Shown: piece by piece, positions 1 through 10,590 of the stretch
Layout of the letters: each line of letters starts with the position of its first letter
Numbering within the stretch: the first letter of the stretch is position 1
IMG/VR virus record: IMGVR_UViG_3300006802_000087
Span: 11,824-75,823 of that record
Source of the DNA: a virus
Length of the DNA stretch: 64,000 nt
Direction: 5' to 3' (one strand)
Position numbers and translations under genes: made by a program
Notes under the pieces: model-generated
What the model saw: the letters and a program-made list of their open reading frames with translations, nothing else
Databases searched by the model: none
Told to the model about the DNA's origin: nothing

Positions 1-21
1 ATAACAGACGTTCTTAAATAT

Positions 22-384
22 GTGTTAGAGAATGAGACAGTGGAGATACAGAACTTAGACGATAGCGTTGCAGGTGCCCTTATTGAAATATTGTTAGCAT
101 ACCATGCTGATTTATTGTTTCTTCGAGGATACGGATTGATTAAAGATCCGTACTATAATGAAGGAGGATGGCATACTAATGATCATGATGCAGATGTTCA
201 GACAATTGAAGAATTTATGAATACTGATAGGGAAAAAATGATGTGGGTCGACAGCAGTCATTGGGGATATTATCCCGGGCAGTTTTTTACAGAAGGCGAA
301 ATTAGGAGTTATTTGAGTAATAATTATAGTCAGGATGTTATTGCATACCTCAACGCGAATGTTCTAGAATTTGCACCTGCGTAA
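22..384 (+). CDS. Hypothetical protein, probably 5'-truncated by window edge; C-terminus resembles that of 396..2123
   Basis: FFTEGEIRSYLSNNYS resembles PFTSSEIQNYMRGNFS in the next ORF. Confidence 0.6.
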   Translation: MLENETVEIQNLDDSVAGALIEILLAYHADLLFLRGYGLIKDPYYNEGGWHTNDHDADVQTIEEFMNTDREKMMWVDSSHWGYYPGQFFTEGEIRSYLSNNYSQDVIAYLNANVLEFAPA

Positions 385-395
385 TAGGAAGATAA

Positions 396-2123
396 ATGAG
401 AATAACAAAAAGACAACTAAACTTACTAATCGAACAATACCTTTTAAACGAAGCAGTGCATGATAAAGTTGCTAACCAACTAGGTATAACAGATCCTGAA
501 AGAATAGAGCAATTGAGAATTGCTTCTGAAAAACCACACAGTTTGCAAAAGCCTGAATTGTTATGGATAGGCAAGTATTTTACTACCTCTGAAGGTATGC
601 AAACAAAAGAGCCGATAGAAGATATTGTGGGATCAATTAAGTCTCTAAAACAAAATAAGTCAGCTTTGATAAGGAGGGGAAGTGCCACTAATTTATCAGA
701 TTACGAATCACCAGGTCAGATTAATATTGCTGTTTCCTTATCCCGTGGATTTGTAGATATCAGTCAACTAAGTGAACAGGTCGACGTTCTATATGAAGAT
801 GAAGATTGGACACTTTATATGCCACACTCAAGGGAAGCTTCCTGCACTATTGGGAGAGGTACCTCATGGTGCACTGCAATACCGGGGCCTGGTAATAATC
901 TTTTTTATAACTACGTAATCGGCGGACGAGCGATACTTTACTACTTAGTCAAGAAGAAAAAAGAAGAAAATGAAGGCCCAGCAACAACTCATTTTTCACT
1001 AGGTACAATAGGGGGAATAATTCCATTTCCGAAAGAAGGGGAAGGGAGCGGTCACATTGTTGTTGATGGTAGCAATATCGGTCTATCCAAGGCAAGATTC
1101 TTAAGTTCTGTAGGAGAGCAACTAGGCAATCAGCTGATATCAGTAATAGAGCAACATTCAAAGCAAAACAGGAACAATCATCCAGCAAAAAACAAAGTAA
1201 TGGAGATGTTAAAAAATCCTGCTTTGTATGGGGTAGAAATAAGAGGCAAGTCTATAGATGCAAGATACGATTTTACTGGAATGTTAACTAGTACGTACAG
1301 AAACATGATGGAATCGAATAAAGTAACAAAAGAGGAAGATAATTTAATAGCTGATGTATTTACTAATCCGGATAATGATTTTCATAAATTAATTGCTGCT
1401 GCAACTGAAATCAAACAAAAAGATATCAATGCCTATGAAACAGCTGTAAAATCAAAAGATACAGCACAGATGCAAAAATACGGCAAAATATTTGCAGACG
1501 GTGCAACTATTAAAGAAGCTGAGTATGCAATTAGAAGCATAGCCGAAGACCCGTCTTTAGATGAATCAGGAACGAGTGGTTATAGATTCTGTAAGAATTT
1601 AGATAAATTATCCGGATCGATTCCTTACTATTATTATCAAATGGTTGAAAGAATGGCAAATGACACAGCAATTGCATGGCAGTCCAAGACACCTGATGAG
1701 GATTATGTAATAGAGACTGATTTAGAAGTTACGCCTAGTATCAGATATTATATTGAAGAGGATCCGTCTATTAATGGTATAGAAAGCATGTTAAATAAAT
1801 ATTTTGATGAATTTATAGAAATGCTAGGGGTTTATCACGCAAATATACTAATAGGCCAAGGATACTGTGTTGTTCATGATCCGGAAGAACATAATAATAC
1901 AGGTCAGTTACATCACGAAAACGCTGGACTGCCGGTTGCATATATCGAAGACTTTATAGAAGCAACAAGTGATGATGATTATGCGTTGTGGTGGACCAAT
2001 GATCAATACCCAGAATATCGATATGAACCCTTTACAAGTAGTGAAATACAAAACTATATGCGAGGTAACTTTTCTCTAGAGTTTGTTGATTGGTGCTCCA
2101 TGCGTGGATTTACTTTTACATAG
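396..2123 (+). CDS. MKIT-leader protein with ASC-x-IG-x-GT-x-WCTA domain
   Basis: 575 aa ORF; N-terminus MRITKRQLNLLIEQ; motif EASCTIGRGTSWCTA. Confidence 0.75.
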   Translation: MRITKRQLNLLIEQYLLNEAVHDKVANQLGITDPERIEQLRIASEKPHSLQKPELLWIGKYFTTSEGMQTKEPIEDIVGSIKSLKQNKSALIRRGSATNLSDYESPGQINIAVSLSRGFVDISQLSEQVDVLYEDEDWTLYMPHSREASCTIGRGTSWCTAIPGPGNNLFYNYVIGGRAILYYLVKKKKEENEGPATTHFSLGTIGGIIPFPKEGEGSGHIVVDGSNIGLSKARFLSSVGEQLGNQLISVIEQHSKQNRNNHPAKNKVMEMLKNPALYGVEIRGKSIDARYDFTGMLTSTYRNMMESNKVTKEEDNLIADVFTNPDNDFHKLIAAATEIKQKDINAYETAVKSKDTAQMQKYGKIFADGATIKEAEYAIRSIAEDPSLDESGTSGYRFCKNLDKLSGSIPYYYYQMVERMANDTAIAWQSKTPDEDYVIETDLEVTPSIRYYIEEDPSINGIESMLNKYFDEFIEMLGVYHANILIGQGYCVVHDPEEHNNTGQLHHENAGLPVAYIEDFIEATSDDDYALWWTNDQYPEYRYEPFTSSEIQNYMRGNFSLEFVDWCSMRGFTFT

Positions 2124-2142
2124 GGTAAATAGTCTGTTTTTA

Positions 2143-2171
2143 ATGTAATATCAATTAAAACTATATATAAT
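2143..2171 (+). promoter_or_regulatory. RTGTAA-N17-TATAAT promoter upstream of tmRNA
   Basis: ATGTAA 2143-2148, 17-nt spacer, TATAAT 2166-2171. Confidence 0.75.
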
Positions 2172-2181
2172 AAAACTATAC

Positions 2182-2569
2182 GGGCCCGTAATGGCTTCGA
2201 CGGAATAGAATCAAGGGGAGAATGCAAGCAGGGAAGATACGCCCTTAACAGTTCAAATTTTATAGTTGCAAATAATAACGCACACTTCGATTCAGTAGCA
2301 GTAGCTGCTTAATTGACGCCGGTATCTCTTCCGGTGCAAAACAAGAGGTTAGTCAGATGGGTGAGACGAAAAATTATAAGGGAGTCTAGCGGACTTTGCC
2401 GACACCTAAAATGGTTATCCACGTGGTATGTGGTGGAACTCAAGGTTACCTAGAGTTGGTGGAAAGAGGTGGCTATCCTTGTTATCAGGAGAAAAACGAT
2501 AACTAAGCTTGTGAACGACTCAAACTAAGACTATTGCGGACGCGGGTTCGACTCCCGCCGGGTCCACCA
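2182..2569 (+). ncRNA. ssrA: tmRNA; tag peptide ANNNAHFDSVAVAA* (2268-2312)
   Basis: GGGCCCG/CGGGTCC-ACCA acceptor stem with G3.U, TTCGAC D-region, GGTTCGACTCC T-arm, resume codon GCA and tag ending AA-stop. Confidence 0.95.
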
Positions 2570-2623
2570 TTTTTTTGATTTTTCATCATGATCTGTATAA
2601 TTATAGATAAAAATGAGGTCATA

Positions 2624-3466
2624 ATGAAAATAACAAGAAGTCAATTAAGACGATTAATAGAAGGAATGATCGGATATCCGGACAAGCCTCCTGTAAATGC
2701 AAAAAAACACCTGTCGAGCGACCAGTTTGGCCCTAAGTTAGGCGGCATGCTAAGATCAGATGACCCTGCTTTTCGTAATCAAGGTATTAATTTAGGTGCA
2801 ATCCTAGGTGATGACGTACTAGATGTTTTAGACAACATGCCAACATCTCAAATCGACTCTTTTATTGACAGTGGTGAAGGTTCCTTGGACAAAAAAGAAG
2901 CGCTATTTCAGTCAGTTTTAGAAAATGCAGAATCATTGTCACCATGGAGAGGCAAACAAGTCTCTTCATATTTAGTAATAGGATATGGAGATGAGTTTGA
3001 CTTATTAATTGACGGTGATATTCTCACAGACATTTATGAAACTATAGCTGATGGTCGAGATGCTGAGGCTAAACAAATTGCATACGACTATTTAAATACA
3101 GAATTTTTAAATTCAAATCAAAAAATTGCAAATTGGTATAATAGTAATGTTGCCAGTGATCAAAATTTTCAAGGTTACTCTTCTTTTGCAGACTTTTACT
3201 TTAATCAAAAATTTGACGATATTCACATTTATGGAATATTACCATATGAATTTGATGTAGCTGGGTGGAATCGATATACTGCAGATAAAACTTTTAGAAT
3301 TTATAAGAAAGGATTACCAAGTATTACTCGTTCAACCGGTCCTGAAACTCGTAGACAAGTATATATACTTGCTAAAGCATTTGGTTTCCCATCACAAGGA
3401 TTTGGTAGCCACCCCGTTGATTTTTATTTTTATGATCAGGAAAAAGGCGAAATTGTGATTGGATGA
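2624..3466 (+). CDS. MKIT-leader hypothetical protein
   Basis: MKITRSQLRRLIEG start behind GAGG; ATAATTA at 2597. Confidence 0.75.
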   Translation: MKITRSQLRRLIEGMIGYPDKPPVNAKKHLSSDQFGPKLGGMLRSDDPAFRNQGINLGAILGDDVLDVLDNMPTSQIDSFIDSGEGSLDKKEALFQSVLENAESLSPWRGKQVSSYLVIGYGDEFDLLIDGDILTDIYETIADGRDAEAKQIAYDYLNTEFLNSNQKIANWYNSNVASDQNFQGYSSFADFYFNQKFDDIHIYGILPYEFDVAGWNRYTADKTFRIYKKGLPSITRSTGPETRRQVYILAKAFGFPSQGFGSHPVDFYFYDQEKGEIVIG

Positions 3467-3567
3467 TATCATTGTTATTTATTATATTTTAATTTTTACT
3501 AAATTCTAAAGATAATTACTAATATCGTATTAAAAAATAAACAGTTTGTAGCGGGGTTAGATCATAT

Positions 3568-4011
3568 ATGAAACTTACAAAAAGAAAACTTAGAAAAATA
3601 TTACTCAAGGAAATGGACCTCATGGGAATGGGAATTGACATGGGACAAGTAATGCAAGCTGTACAAGGATTACTTGCAGCTGGATTATCTTTGGGTGCTG
3701 TTATGGTAGCACTCTTATCAATGTTGGGACCGGTCATGTTTAATGGATTTATTGATGGTTATTACAGAGGCTTATTTTCAGAAAATGAATTTAAGCGATT
3801 TGTAGAATTGCAAAAAACTGATCCTGAAGCAGCAAAGAGATATGCCGATCGTATTATTACTACGAAAGGATATAGTGCACCATCTGAATCAGAATATGGT
3901 CAGCCTGTTCATCTAGCAACAGGTGAAGTCGATGCTAGACATGCACGTGACTATACTGCACAGCATGGTGATATCGATTTTGACCCATATGACGATGATC
4001 TAGATTATTAA
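3568..4011 (+). CDS. MKIT-leader protein with hydrophobic segment
   Basis: MKLTKRKLRKILLKE; GLLAAGLSLGAVMVALLSMLG. Confidence 0.7.
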   Translation: MKLTKRKLRKILLKEMDLMGMGIDMGQVMQAVQGLLAAGLSLGAVMVALLSMLGPVMFNGFIDGYYRGLFSENEFKRFVELQKTDPEAAKRYADRIITTKGYSAPSESEYGQPVHLATGEVDARHARDYTAQHGDIDFDPYDDDLDY

Positions 4012-4067
4012 ATTTTAATTAATCAATTTACACAAGATAATTAAGGCATGAGGAAGGAGAGTTCTTT

Positions 4068-4643
4068 ATGTCTTTTTTATTGTCTGAAGGTTTGAGTTAT
4101 CACATTGATAAGTCTTTACCGATTAGAGAGAGTGTATATCGTCCGGGCTCTGAGATGTTTTTTCATTTTATCTCTGAAGCGAAAAGATGTTACCGCCAAG
4201 GACTGTTTGAGGTTGATGCATATGATCATGACCTGTTAATGTCAGACATAGGAGAATACGGTCTGTGGGAAGGTAATGTCGTCCCCTTAGATTATCCTAT
4301 TCCTGCTGAGTTAGATACTCTAAATGAATCTGAGGAATTCGTGCCTAACTTAAATGATGCTGAATACAAAGGTAAAAAAGTAAAACTTAATAAGCCTCAG
4401 CGAGGTGGTTCAAAAAAGTTTTATGTCTATGTCAAGAATCCTAAGACAGGTAAGATTAAAAAAGTATCTTTTGGCGCAAAAGGCATGTCAGTCGGTCTCA
4501 AAGATCCCAAGCGTAGAAAATCATTTGCAGCTCGTCATAAGTGTAGTGAAAAGAAAGATAAGACTAAGGCAGGTTATTGGGCGTGTCGAATTGGTAGATA
4601 CCCGCATCTTTTTGGCGGAAAAACAAAATATACATGGTGGTAA
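4068..4643 (+). CDS. Conserved phage protein with basic C-terminal domain
   Basis: KKFYVYVKNPKTG..KKVSFG, RRKSFAARHKC, AGYWACR motifs; GGAG RBS. Confidence 0.7.
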   Translation: MSFLLSEGLSYHIDKSLPIRESVYRPGSEMFFHFISEAKRCYRQGLFEVDAYDHDLLMSDIGEYGLWEGNVVPLDYPIPAELDTLNESEEFVPNLNDAEYKGKKVKLNKPQRGGSKKFYVYVKNPKTGKIKKVSFGAKGMSVGLKDPKRRKSFAARHKCSEKKDKTKAGYWACRIGRYPHLFGGKTKYTWW

Positions 4644-4646
4644 GAT

Positions 4647-5063
4647 ATGGCACTAAATCATCAAGTACTTCGTGGGTTAGGTTATGTTCCTTCATATCAA
4701 GCATCTGCTGTACCTTTTTTGACTAGCTCTTTAACAATCCCCGTATCAACATCTGAACCGATTGTGATTAATTTTAATACTGTCACAAGATTTATTACAG
4801 TTACGAATACAAACGCTATTGATGATCCAAATTATCCATTGCGTTTTGGATTTTCTAGAAATGGTATCAAAGGTGTAGAAAACAATAATTATATTGTTTT
4901 AAACAATGGCGACTCATTTGAAGGAGCGTTTAAAGTTACTAGTATTTTTTTATTAAGTGACTCTTCTGTTTATTCATCGTCGGGTTCTATAGTTGCAGGA
5001 TTGACTGATATACAGTCTTCACATTTAAGCCACAATTGGTCAGGTTCAATAGGGGTGGGATAA
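4647..5063 (+). CDS. Probable virion structural protein (beta-rich)
   Basis: S/T/G-rich 138 aa ORF coupled to the next gene. Confidence 0.5.
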   Translation: MALNHQVLRGLGYVPSYQASAVPFLTSSLTIPVSTSEPIVINFNTVTRFITVTNTNAIDDPNYPLRFGFSRNGIKGVENNNYIVLNNGDSFEGAFKVTSIFLLSDSSVYSSSGSIVAGLTDIQSSHLSHNWSGSIGVG

Positions 5064-5064
5064 T

Positions 5065-6600
5065 ATGGGATTTACTAACTTACATGGAAAACAAGGAAAA
5101 TCAACAAATAATCCTACAATTGGTTTTGGTGGCGTAGAAGTAAGTCAGCTGGTGCCGGTTGCACAAGGAGACTTCATATACGGAATACAGACGCCTCAAA
5201 CTTTTGTAACTGCATCTTTTGTAGGCTCTTCTGTTACAGCTGCAAATGGCATGGCAGTATTAAATTGTGGCACTGATGTATCCGGCTCTGCGGTATTAAA
5301 TTTAAGAAGAGGTATCAAATATAGGCCCGGCCAGGGTTCAATTATGAGAGCTACAGCTCTTTTTGATACACCGGTAGAAGATAATCTGCAATTGATCGGT
5401 CTAGCAAACAACGAAACCGGTTACTCATTTGGTTATCAAGGAACAGACTTTGGGATACTCCACAGAGAAACAGGTCAGCTAGAAATAAGAAAGCTAACCA
5501 TAACTGCCGGTGCAACAAATGGGGAGACAGTTACGGTTACTTTAGACGGTGACGCATTTACTTTTGATATTGATATTGAAGGGACTACTTCAACTACACA
5601 AACAGCTTATAAGTTGTCTTTGGAAGATTATACTCAGCTAGGAGAGACGGGATTTCTGGTTGATGTTGTGGGTGCTGATGTGTATTTTATTTCTGGTAGG
5701 TGTAATCCTGATTTGACTGGAACGTATTCTATTTCAGGAACCGGTACCATCGCCGGAACTTTTACACGTGTATTAGCAGGTGCTAATCATGAAGAAACGT
5801 TTATTCCGACTGGTTCTTTTAATATTGATAAACTAGACGGTACCGGTCCGTCAGGGATGATCATAAATCCTCAAAGAGGAAATGTATATGAAATTGACTT
5901 TCAGTATCTCGGTTTTGGCAACGCAAGATTCGCCGTTGAAGATCCCAATACAGGAAGATTTACTAATTGTCATATGATTAAAAACGCAAATAATCGTATA
6001 ACTCCGGTCCTTAAAAATCCTAATGTTCAAATTAGATTAGAATCTTCAAATAGCGGAAACACTAGTGATGTGTCAGTCAAGTCTGCATCTATGTCAGGTT
6101 TTATTTCTGGAGAGATAATAAAATTAGATCCAAAATTTGCTCAAAGTTTTGCTTTTACGAATCTTAATAAATTAACCTATCACCCGCTAGCAATGATTAA
6201 AACAAATAGAATTCATAAAAATCAATCTTGTTTTGGAGAGTTTGATATATTAAGGTTGGCAGGTTCAAATGAAGTAAGTTCGAAAACTTTAATTATTGGA
6301 TTCTTTTTGGGTGCAGAAATAACAGGAAATGTTAACTACCAATTTGTTAACGATGAAAATAGTATTGTTTCAATAGCAACTTTAGACCCAACAACAAACT
6401 CACCTCCGAATACAATTAGTAATTTAAGTGATATTGTTCCTTTCCATGAAATTGTTGTAGGTCCTTTGGCGGGTGTATCTGAAGATTTGGACAAACTTGA
6501 ATTTATATTTCCTCCTGGTGTTCCGCTTTTAATTGCTGTTAAAGCTACAAATACTGGTGTTAATGGCTCAGTTTCTATTAACTGGTTTGAACAGCAATAA
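5065..6600 (+). CDS. Probable virion structural protein (beta-rich)
   Basis: 511 aa, G/T/N-rich; YRPGQG and IDFQYLGFG motifs recalled from phage structural proteins. Confidence 0.5.
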   Translation: MGFTNLHGKQGKSTNNPTIGFGGVEVSQLVPVAQGDFIYGIQTPQTFVTASFVGSSVTAANGMAVLNCGTDVSGSAVLNLRRGIKYRPGQGSIMRATALFDTPVEDNLQLIGLANNETGYSFGYQGTDFGILHRETGQLEIRKLTITAGATNGETVTVTLDGDAFTFDIDIEGTTSTTQTAYKLSLEDYTQLGETGFLVDVVGADVYFISGRCNPDLTGTYSISGTGTIAGTFTRVLAGANHEETFIPTGSFNIDKLDGTGPSGMIINPQRGNVYEIDFQYLGFGNARFAVEDPNTGRFTNCHMIKNANNRITPVLKNPNVQIRLESSNSGNTSDVSVKSASMSGFISGEIIKLDPKFAQSFAFTNLNKLTYHPLAMIKTNRIHKNQSCFGEFDILRLAGSNEVSSKTLIIGFFLGAEITGNVNYQFVNDENSIVSIATLDPTTNSPPNTISNLSDIVPFHEIVVGPLAGVSEDLDKLEFIFPPGVPLLIAVKATNTGVNGSVSINWFEQQ

Positions 6601-6607
6601 AGAAGTT

Positions 6608-6982
6608 ATGATGATGCGTCGAAAAAGAAAAAAGAAAAAGTTATGGAGTAAACAGTCTCTTTACGAAAGAAAAGACGGAAGTAAAGTTCTCATGGACAGC
6701 ACGTGGGAAGTTGCAATGGCTAAAAGGTTAGATCATCTTAAAATAGTGTGGGAAAGACGAGAAGATATGAAGCTACCCTATCTGTCAAAGACAGGACGAA
6801 AAAGAAACTATATTCCTGATTTTTACCTACCTGATCATGATATATATATTGAGGTGAAAGGTTACTGGACAGATGCTGCAAGGTATAAAATGAACGCTGT
6901 TCAAGATGCAAACCTAGTAAAAATTGTTATACTGGAATCATTAGAAGCAGTTAACAAATTTACAAGATGGAAGTTAAAATGA
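6608..6982 (+). CDS. PD-(D/E)xK endonuclease (TnsA-N / T7 endonuclease I-like)
   Basis: DSTWE ... YIPDFYLPDHDIYIEVKGY. Confidence 0.8.
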   Translation: MMMRRKRKKKKLWSKQSLYERKDGSKVLMDSTWEVAMAKRLDHLKIVWERREDMKLPYLSKTGRKRNYIPDFYLPDHDIYIEVKGYWTDAARYKMNAVQDANLVKIVILESLEAVNKFTRWKLK

Positions 6983-7698
6983 AAATAACAAGAAGACAAT
7001 TAAGACGATTAATAAACGAAGTCCGAATAAAACCAAGCATTCCTAATATACCTAGTGATGATGCCTTAGGTAAGGTTGATGACTTGGCGCGACAGGAAGA
7101 ATTTCAACCTAGCGCTGATTCTTTAGCAGGTGCTTTTGGATATCCTGAAGATCGTAGTTATTCGGCCGATTTAAAAGGTTACGATAATCTTGAAGCAGAG
7201 ATGGGTCGATATAAAATTGAAAAATATCTACCCGGATTCCTTAATTTACCCGAGGATGTAATTGAAGTAGTAGCGGAATTTGTGTTCTTGTCTGAAGTTC
7301 CCGTATTACATATACAACTTGATGAAGACATGGTTGAGCATGAATTAGGTGAAGACACTTATCATAGAGGCACACACTTTCAAGAAGTGCAAAAGCCGGA
7401 AAATGCTGAAATAGTCGCGATGACTAATGATTTTCGCGAGAACCCTAAAGCTCATGATGTTAAGTTTTATTATATCTATGCAGCTCATGGCTCTTACAAT
7501 GGATCAGATCCGTTTGCAAGAATAGACCCGCATGGAATGGGCGACGCTCAAACAGGTTTTCATGATGGTTTCAGAGAAGAATATCAAAAAGTTACTACAA
7601 ACCGCGCGCATAGAATTTCAAGTTTAGCAGTAGAGGAATCGTTTATTGAAATGATGAGAGCCTTGAGGCCTGATCACGAAGAAGAAGTAATTAATTGA
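6979..7698 (+). CDS. MKIT-leader protein; N-terminal part paralogous to 61783..62271
   Basis: MKITRRQLRRLINE; RIKPSIPNIP vs RIKPSVANIP. Confidence 0.75.
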   Translation: MKITRRQLRRLINEVRIKPSIPNIPSDDALGKVDDLARQEEFQPSADSLAGAFGYPEDRSYSADLKGYDNLEAEMGRYKIEKYLPGFLNLPEDVIEVVAEFVFLSEVPVLHIQLDEDMVEHELGEDTYHRGTHFQEVQKPENAEIVAMTNDFRENPKAHDVKFYYIYAAHGSYNGSDPFARIDPHGMGDAQTGFHDGFREEYQKVTTNRAHRISSLAVEESFIEMMRALRPDHEEEVIN

Positions 7699-7705
7699 GG
7701 TGAAC

Positions 7706-9142
7706 ATGAAAATAACAAGAAGACAATTAAGAAGATTAATAAATGAAACAATGTTACAGCCAACTTTCTTTTTAAATATGAAAGCGCGCCAAGAGTTTCT
7801 ACCTAAGATCGTAGCAGATCCGAATGTACACCCAAAGATTAAGGATCTGCTAAAGAGTGGAGAAGAATCACAGACCAATCAAGGTGTAGAACTTTTGAAG
7901 TCTTTGAATCCCGAGTACATAGAAGAATTAGAATCTTATGAGTCACACCAAGATTCAATAGAATACGATAGAGAATTTGAAGACCAACGAGACAATCTGT
8001 TTTTTACCCGCATAAAGAGTATCGTTGACAAATATAAGTATGACATGGGCATTCCACTTAAGTCGGATATTTTAACGGTTGAAAACATATCCAAAGATAC
8101 AGCAGCAGGTAGTTATACTGATCGTTCCAGTGGGCGTCGTGCAAAAAGGTTTACGCACAAAAGACTTCACGGTGCAGCAATTTATGCTACTGACAAAGCG
8201 ACGCTTGAGCGAATAGCGCGAGAGCTAGACTCAGAAAAAGACATGGGTGGAGAACAGGCATACCATGGTGTTGGCGGAGCAGGCCAACCTCTACTTCCTT
8301 ACATAAACGATTATTATCTGACAGCACTTGATTCAAATCTTAAATATAAAAATGAAATGCACAAGAAGGGAAAGTATGAGTTAAAAGTTTTTCCAGCTAC
8401 TCCTGATCAAAGAATATATAAGCAACCGACACATCGCAAACTAAATGTGAGTATGTATGAGACGAAAATAAAAAGAAGACAATTAAGAAAATTAATATCA
8501 GAGTTTTTACATGAGAACACAAACACACAAAGATATCAAAACACTCCGTTAAGATCAAGAACTGTAGATAGTTTAATTAAAGACATTGAAATCGCTAAAA
8601 AAGAGTTTGGTAAAGTTAAGAAGCAAGATGGAAAGCATAGTTTATTTGACCTGGCTATGACAATGTTAGTTACAAGTGACACTTCTTATAGTAAAGGCGG
8701 CGGTGAAGGAAAAATGATAATAAATTTTGGTACCAGCTCAAGTACTCCAAGAAAAGTAGTAGCTCAGTTAGTTAAATATCAAGATAAAAATGGAAAAGAG
8801 TTCGAATCAATTGGCGTAAGGGATTTTAAATCAAACAAAGACTATGAGTTAGTCGACTTAAATAAATCTGGCCCTTATATAGATATACTGTTTGGTATTG
8901 ACGGTTTACAAACAGTTTTTAAAGATAAAGGTAGATATACTAAAGTTTATAATCATCTATACAAAGAGTTTGAAAGAAACAATATTGAACCAAAACAGTT
9001 TGAAACGCCTGGTGAAAAATTTAGAAGAGAAAAAGAAGCAAATTTTGTTAAAGACAAGGATTATTATCTAGGTAAAAATCCCCATAAAAGACCGTGGTAT
9101 TTAAAAACAGGAATTCCGGATGGTGTGACAGACCTGTTTTGA
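7706..9142 (+). CDS. MKIT-leader protein with a second, internal leader
   Basis: MKITRRQLRRLINE and internal TKIKRRQLRKLISE near 8462. Confidence 0.75.
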   Translation: MKITRRQLRRLINETMLQPTFFLNMKARQEFLPKIVADPNVHPKIKDLLKSGEESQTNQGVELLKSLNPEYIEELESYESHQDSIEYDREFEDQRDNLFFTRIKSIVDKYKYDMGIPLKSDILTVENISKDTAAGSYTDRSSGRRAKRFTHKRLHGAAIYATDKATLERIARELDSEKDMGGEQAYHGVGGAGQPLLPYINDYYLTALDSNLKYKNEMHKKGKYELKVFPATPDQRIYKQPTHRKLNVSMYETKIKRRQLRKLISEFLHENTNTQRYQNTPLRSRTVDSLIKDIEIAKKEFGKVKKQDGKHSLFDLAMTMLVTSDTSYSKGGGEGKMIINFGTSSSTPRKVVAQLVKYQDKNGKEFESIGVRDFKSNKDYELVDLNKSGPYIDILFGIDGLQTVFKDKGRYTKVYNHLYKEFERNNIEPKQFETPGEKFRREKEANFVKDKDYYLGKNPHKRPWYLKTGIPDGVTDLF

Positions 9143-9183
9143 TCTGTAAATCAAATTAAAAAATAGAATACAAAGAGATAAAA

Positions 9184-9615
9184 ATGAAAATAACAAGAAA
9201 ACAATTAAAAAAATTAATATCAGAGGCATATCAGCCCCCTATGGGCAGATCAGTTAGCGGAATTGCAAAGATTGACATGCAACCAGGTAGAGGATATGTT
9301 ATTGAAGATAAACATGGAAATATTACAGAAACTGATAATCCTGTTATGATCTTAAATGAGCTTATGAGTCAAGGACATGATAGAGTATACGATAAAATGA
9401 CAGAAGAGGTTGAAGATATTGAGACATATATCGAACAACTTGAAATGTTTATGGGAGACTTTGTAGAATATAGAGATACGGATGTCGATCCTTTGCTTGC
9501 TCATGACCCGCTAGATATTATGTCAAGAGACTTTGACAAAGATTATGATGTTGACTTGGATGTTTTCGATGAAGAGAGTGAAGAAGAATCTAGTTTTGAC
9601 GATGATTGGATATAA
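9184..9615 (+). CDS. MKIT-leader acidic protein
   Basis: MKITRKQLKKLISE. Confidence 0.75.
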   Translation: MKITRKQLKKLISEAYQPPMGRSVSGIAKIDMQPGRGYVIEDKHGNITETDNPVMILNELMSQGHDRVYDKMTEEVEDIETYIEQLEMFMGDFVEYRDTDVDPLLAHDPLDIMSRDFDKDYDVDLDVFDEESEEESSFDDDWI

Positions 9616-9627
9616 GAGATTAATGCA

Positions 9628-10113
9628 ATGAAAATAACAAGACGACAATTAAAAAAAATATTAATGAGAGAGTTTAGAGACACAGGATCGTATCGTAACT
9701 TTGACTTTGGATCATCATCAGGCGGAGGACAAATACCTCCTACACAACCGCCTAACGGCGGCGGTGGCGGAGGTGATGACGGTGGAGGCTTCGGAGGTTT
9801 CAGCGGAAGAAATAACAATCCTTGTGGGTTTGGAAGCCCAAAAGGTGATTACTATTACGATTTAGTATTTAATACTTTTGGTTCGTGGATGTCATCTAAT
9901 ATGAAGACTAATCCAAATGATAATGAATACGATAACTACTTAAGTCATTTAAAGCGGATATATCCAGAATTCACAATGGATATGGTTTCTAATGAGTATA
10001 ATGAATTTTTTGAATTAATCATGACAGCAATTGCTGAATATGCATGTGCAAATAATATTGAAGATGTTGAATCAATATACTTTAATCCTATCCCTGCAAT
10101 ATTAGATTTTTAA
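9628..10113 (+). CDS. MKIT-leader protein with Gly-rich linker
   Basis: MKITRRQLKKILMRE. Confidence 0.75.
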   Translation: MKITRRQLKKILMREFRDTGSYRNFDFGSSSGGGQIPPTQPPNGGGGGGDDGGGFGGFSGRNNNPCGFGSPKGDYYYDLVFNTFGSWMSSNMKTNPNDNEYDNYLSHLKRIYPEFTMDMVSNEYNEFFELIMTAIAEYACANNIEDVESIYFNPIPAILDF

Positions 10114-10170
10114 CTTTAATTTGTAAATTTTATAAAATTATCTATAATAAACTATTGAAGGAGTTAATAA

Positions 10171-10590
10171 ATGACCAGTGCGGCAGGGATAATAATTATT
10201 AGAAACGTTAATAATCACCCAGAATTCTTAGGATTAATAGCATTAAAAAAAGATAGAAAAAGAGTTGGTGGGACATATGATATTCCGAAAGGCCATGTTG
10301 AATCAGGAGAAGATCTTTTAGAAGCAGCTAAAAGAGAATGTTTTGAAGAGTGTGGTTTAAACCCAAAAATTATTAGTGAACCATATTCAAATGGAAAAAT
10401 AACTGTGTGGCTAGGAATAGTTGATGAAGAAGATGAAGTTATAATAAAAACAAATCCTGGAACAGGATTGCTAGAACATGAAGGTTATGTGTGGTTAATA
10501 CCAGAAGATATGAGACGTAACTGTTTAAGTTATTTACTAGATCATATCCGATGGGCTGAAAAAAGAGCATGGGAATATTTTAAATTATGA
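10171..10590 (+). CDS. NUDIX hydrolase
   Basis: Nudix box GHVESGEDLLEAAKRECFEECGL. Confidence 0.9.
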   Translation: MTSAAGIIIIRNVNNHPEFLGLIALKKDRKRVGGTYDIPKGHVESGEDLLEAAKRECFEECGLNPKIISEPYSNGKITVWLGIVDEEDEVIIKTNPGTGLLEHEGYVWLIPEDMRRNCLSYLLDHIRWAEKRAWEYFKL

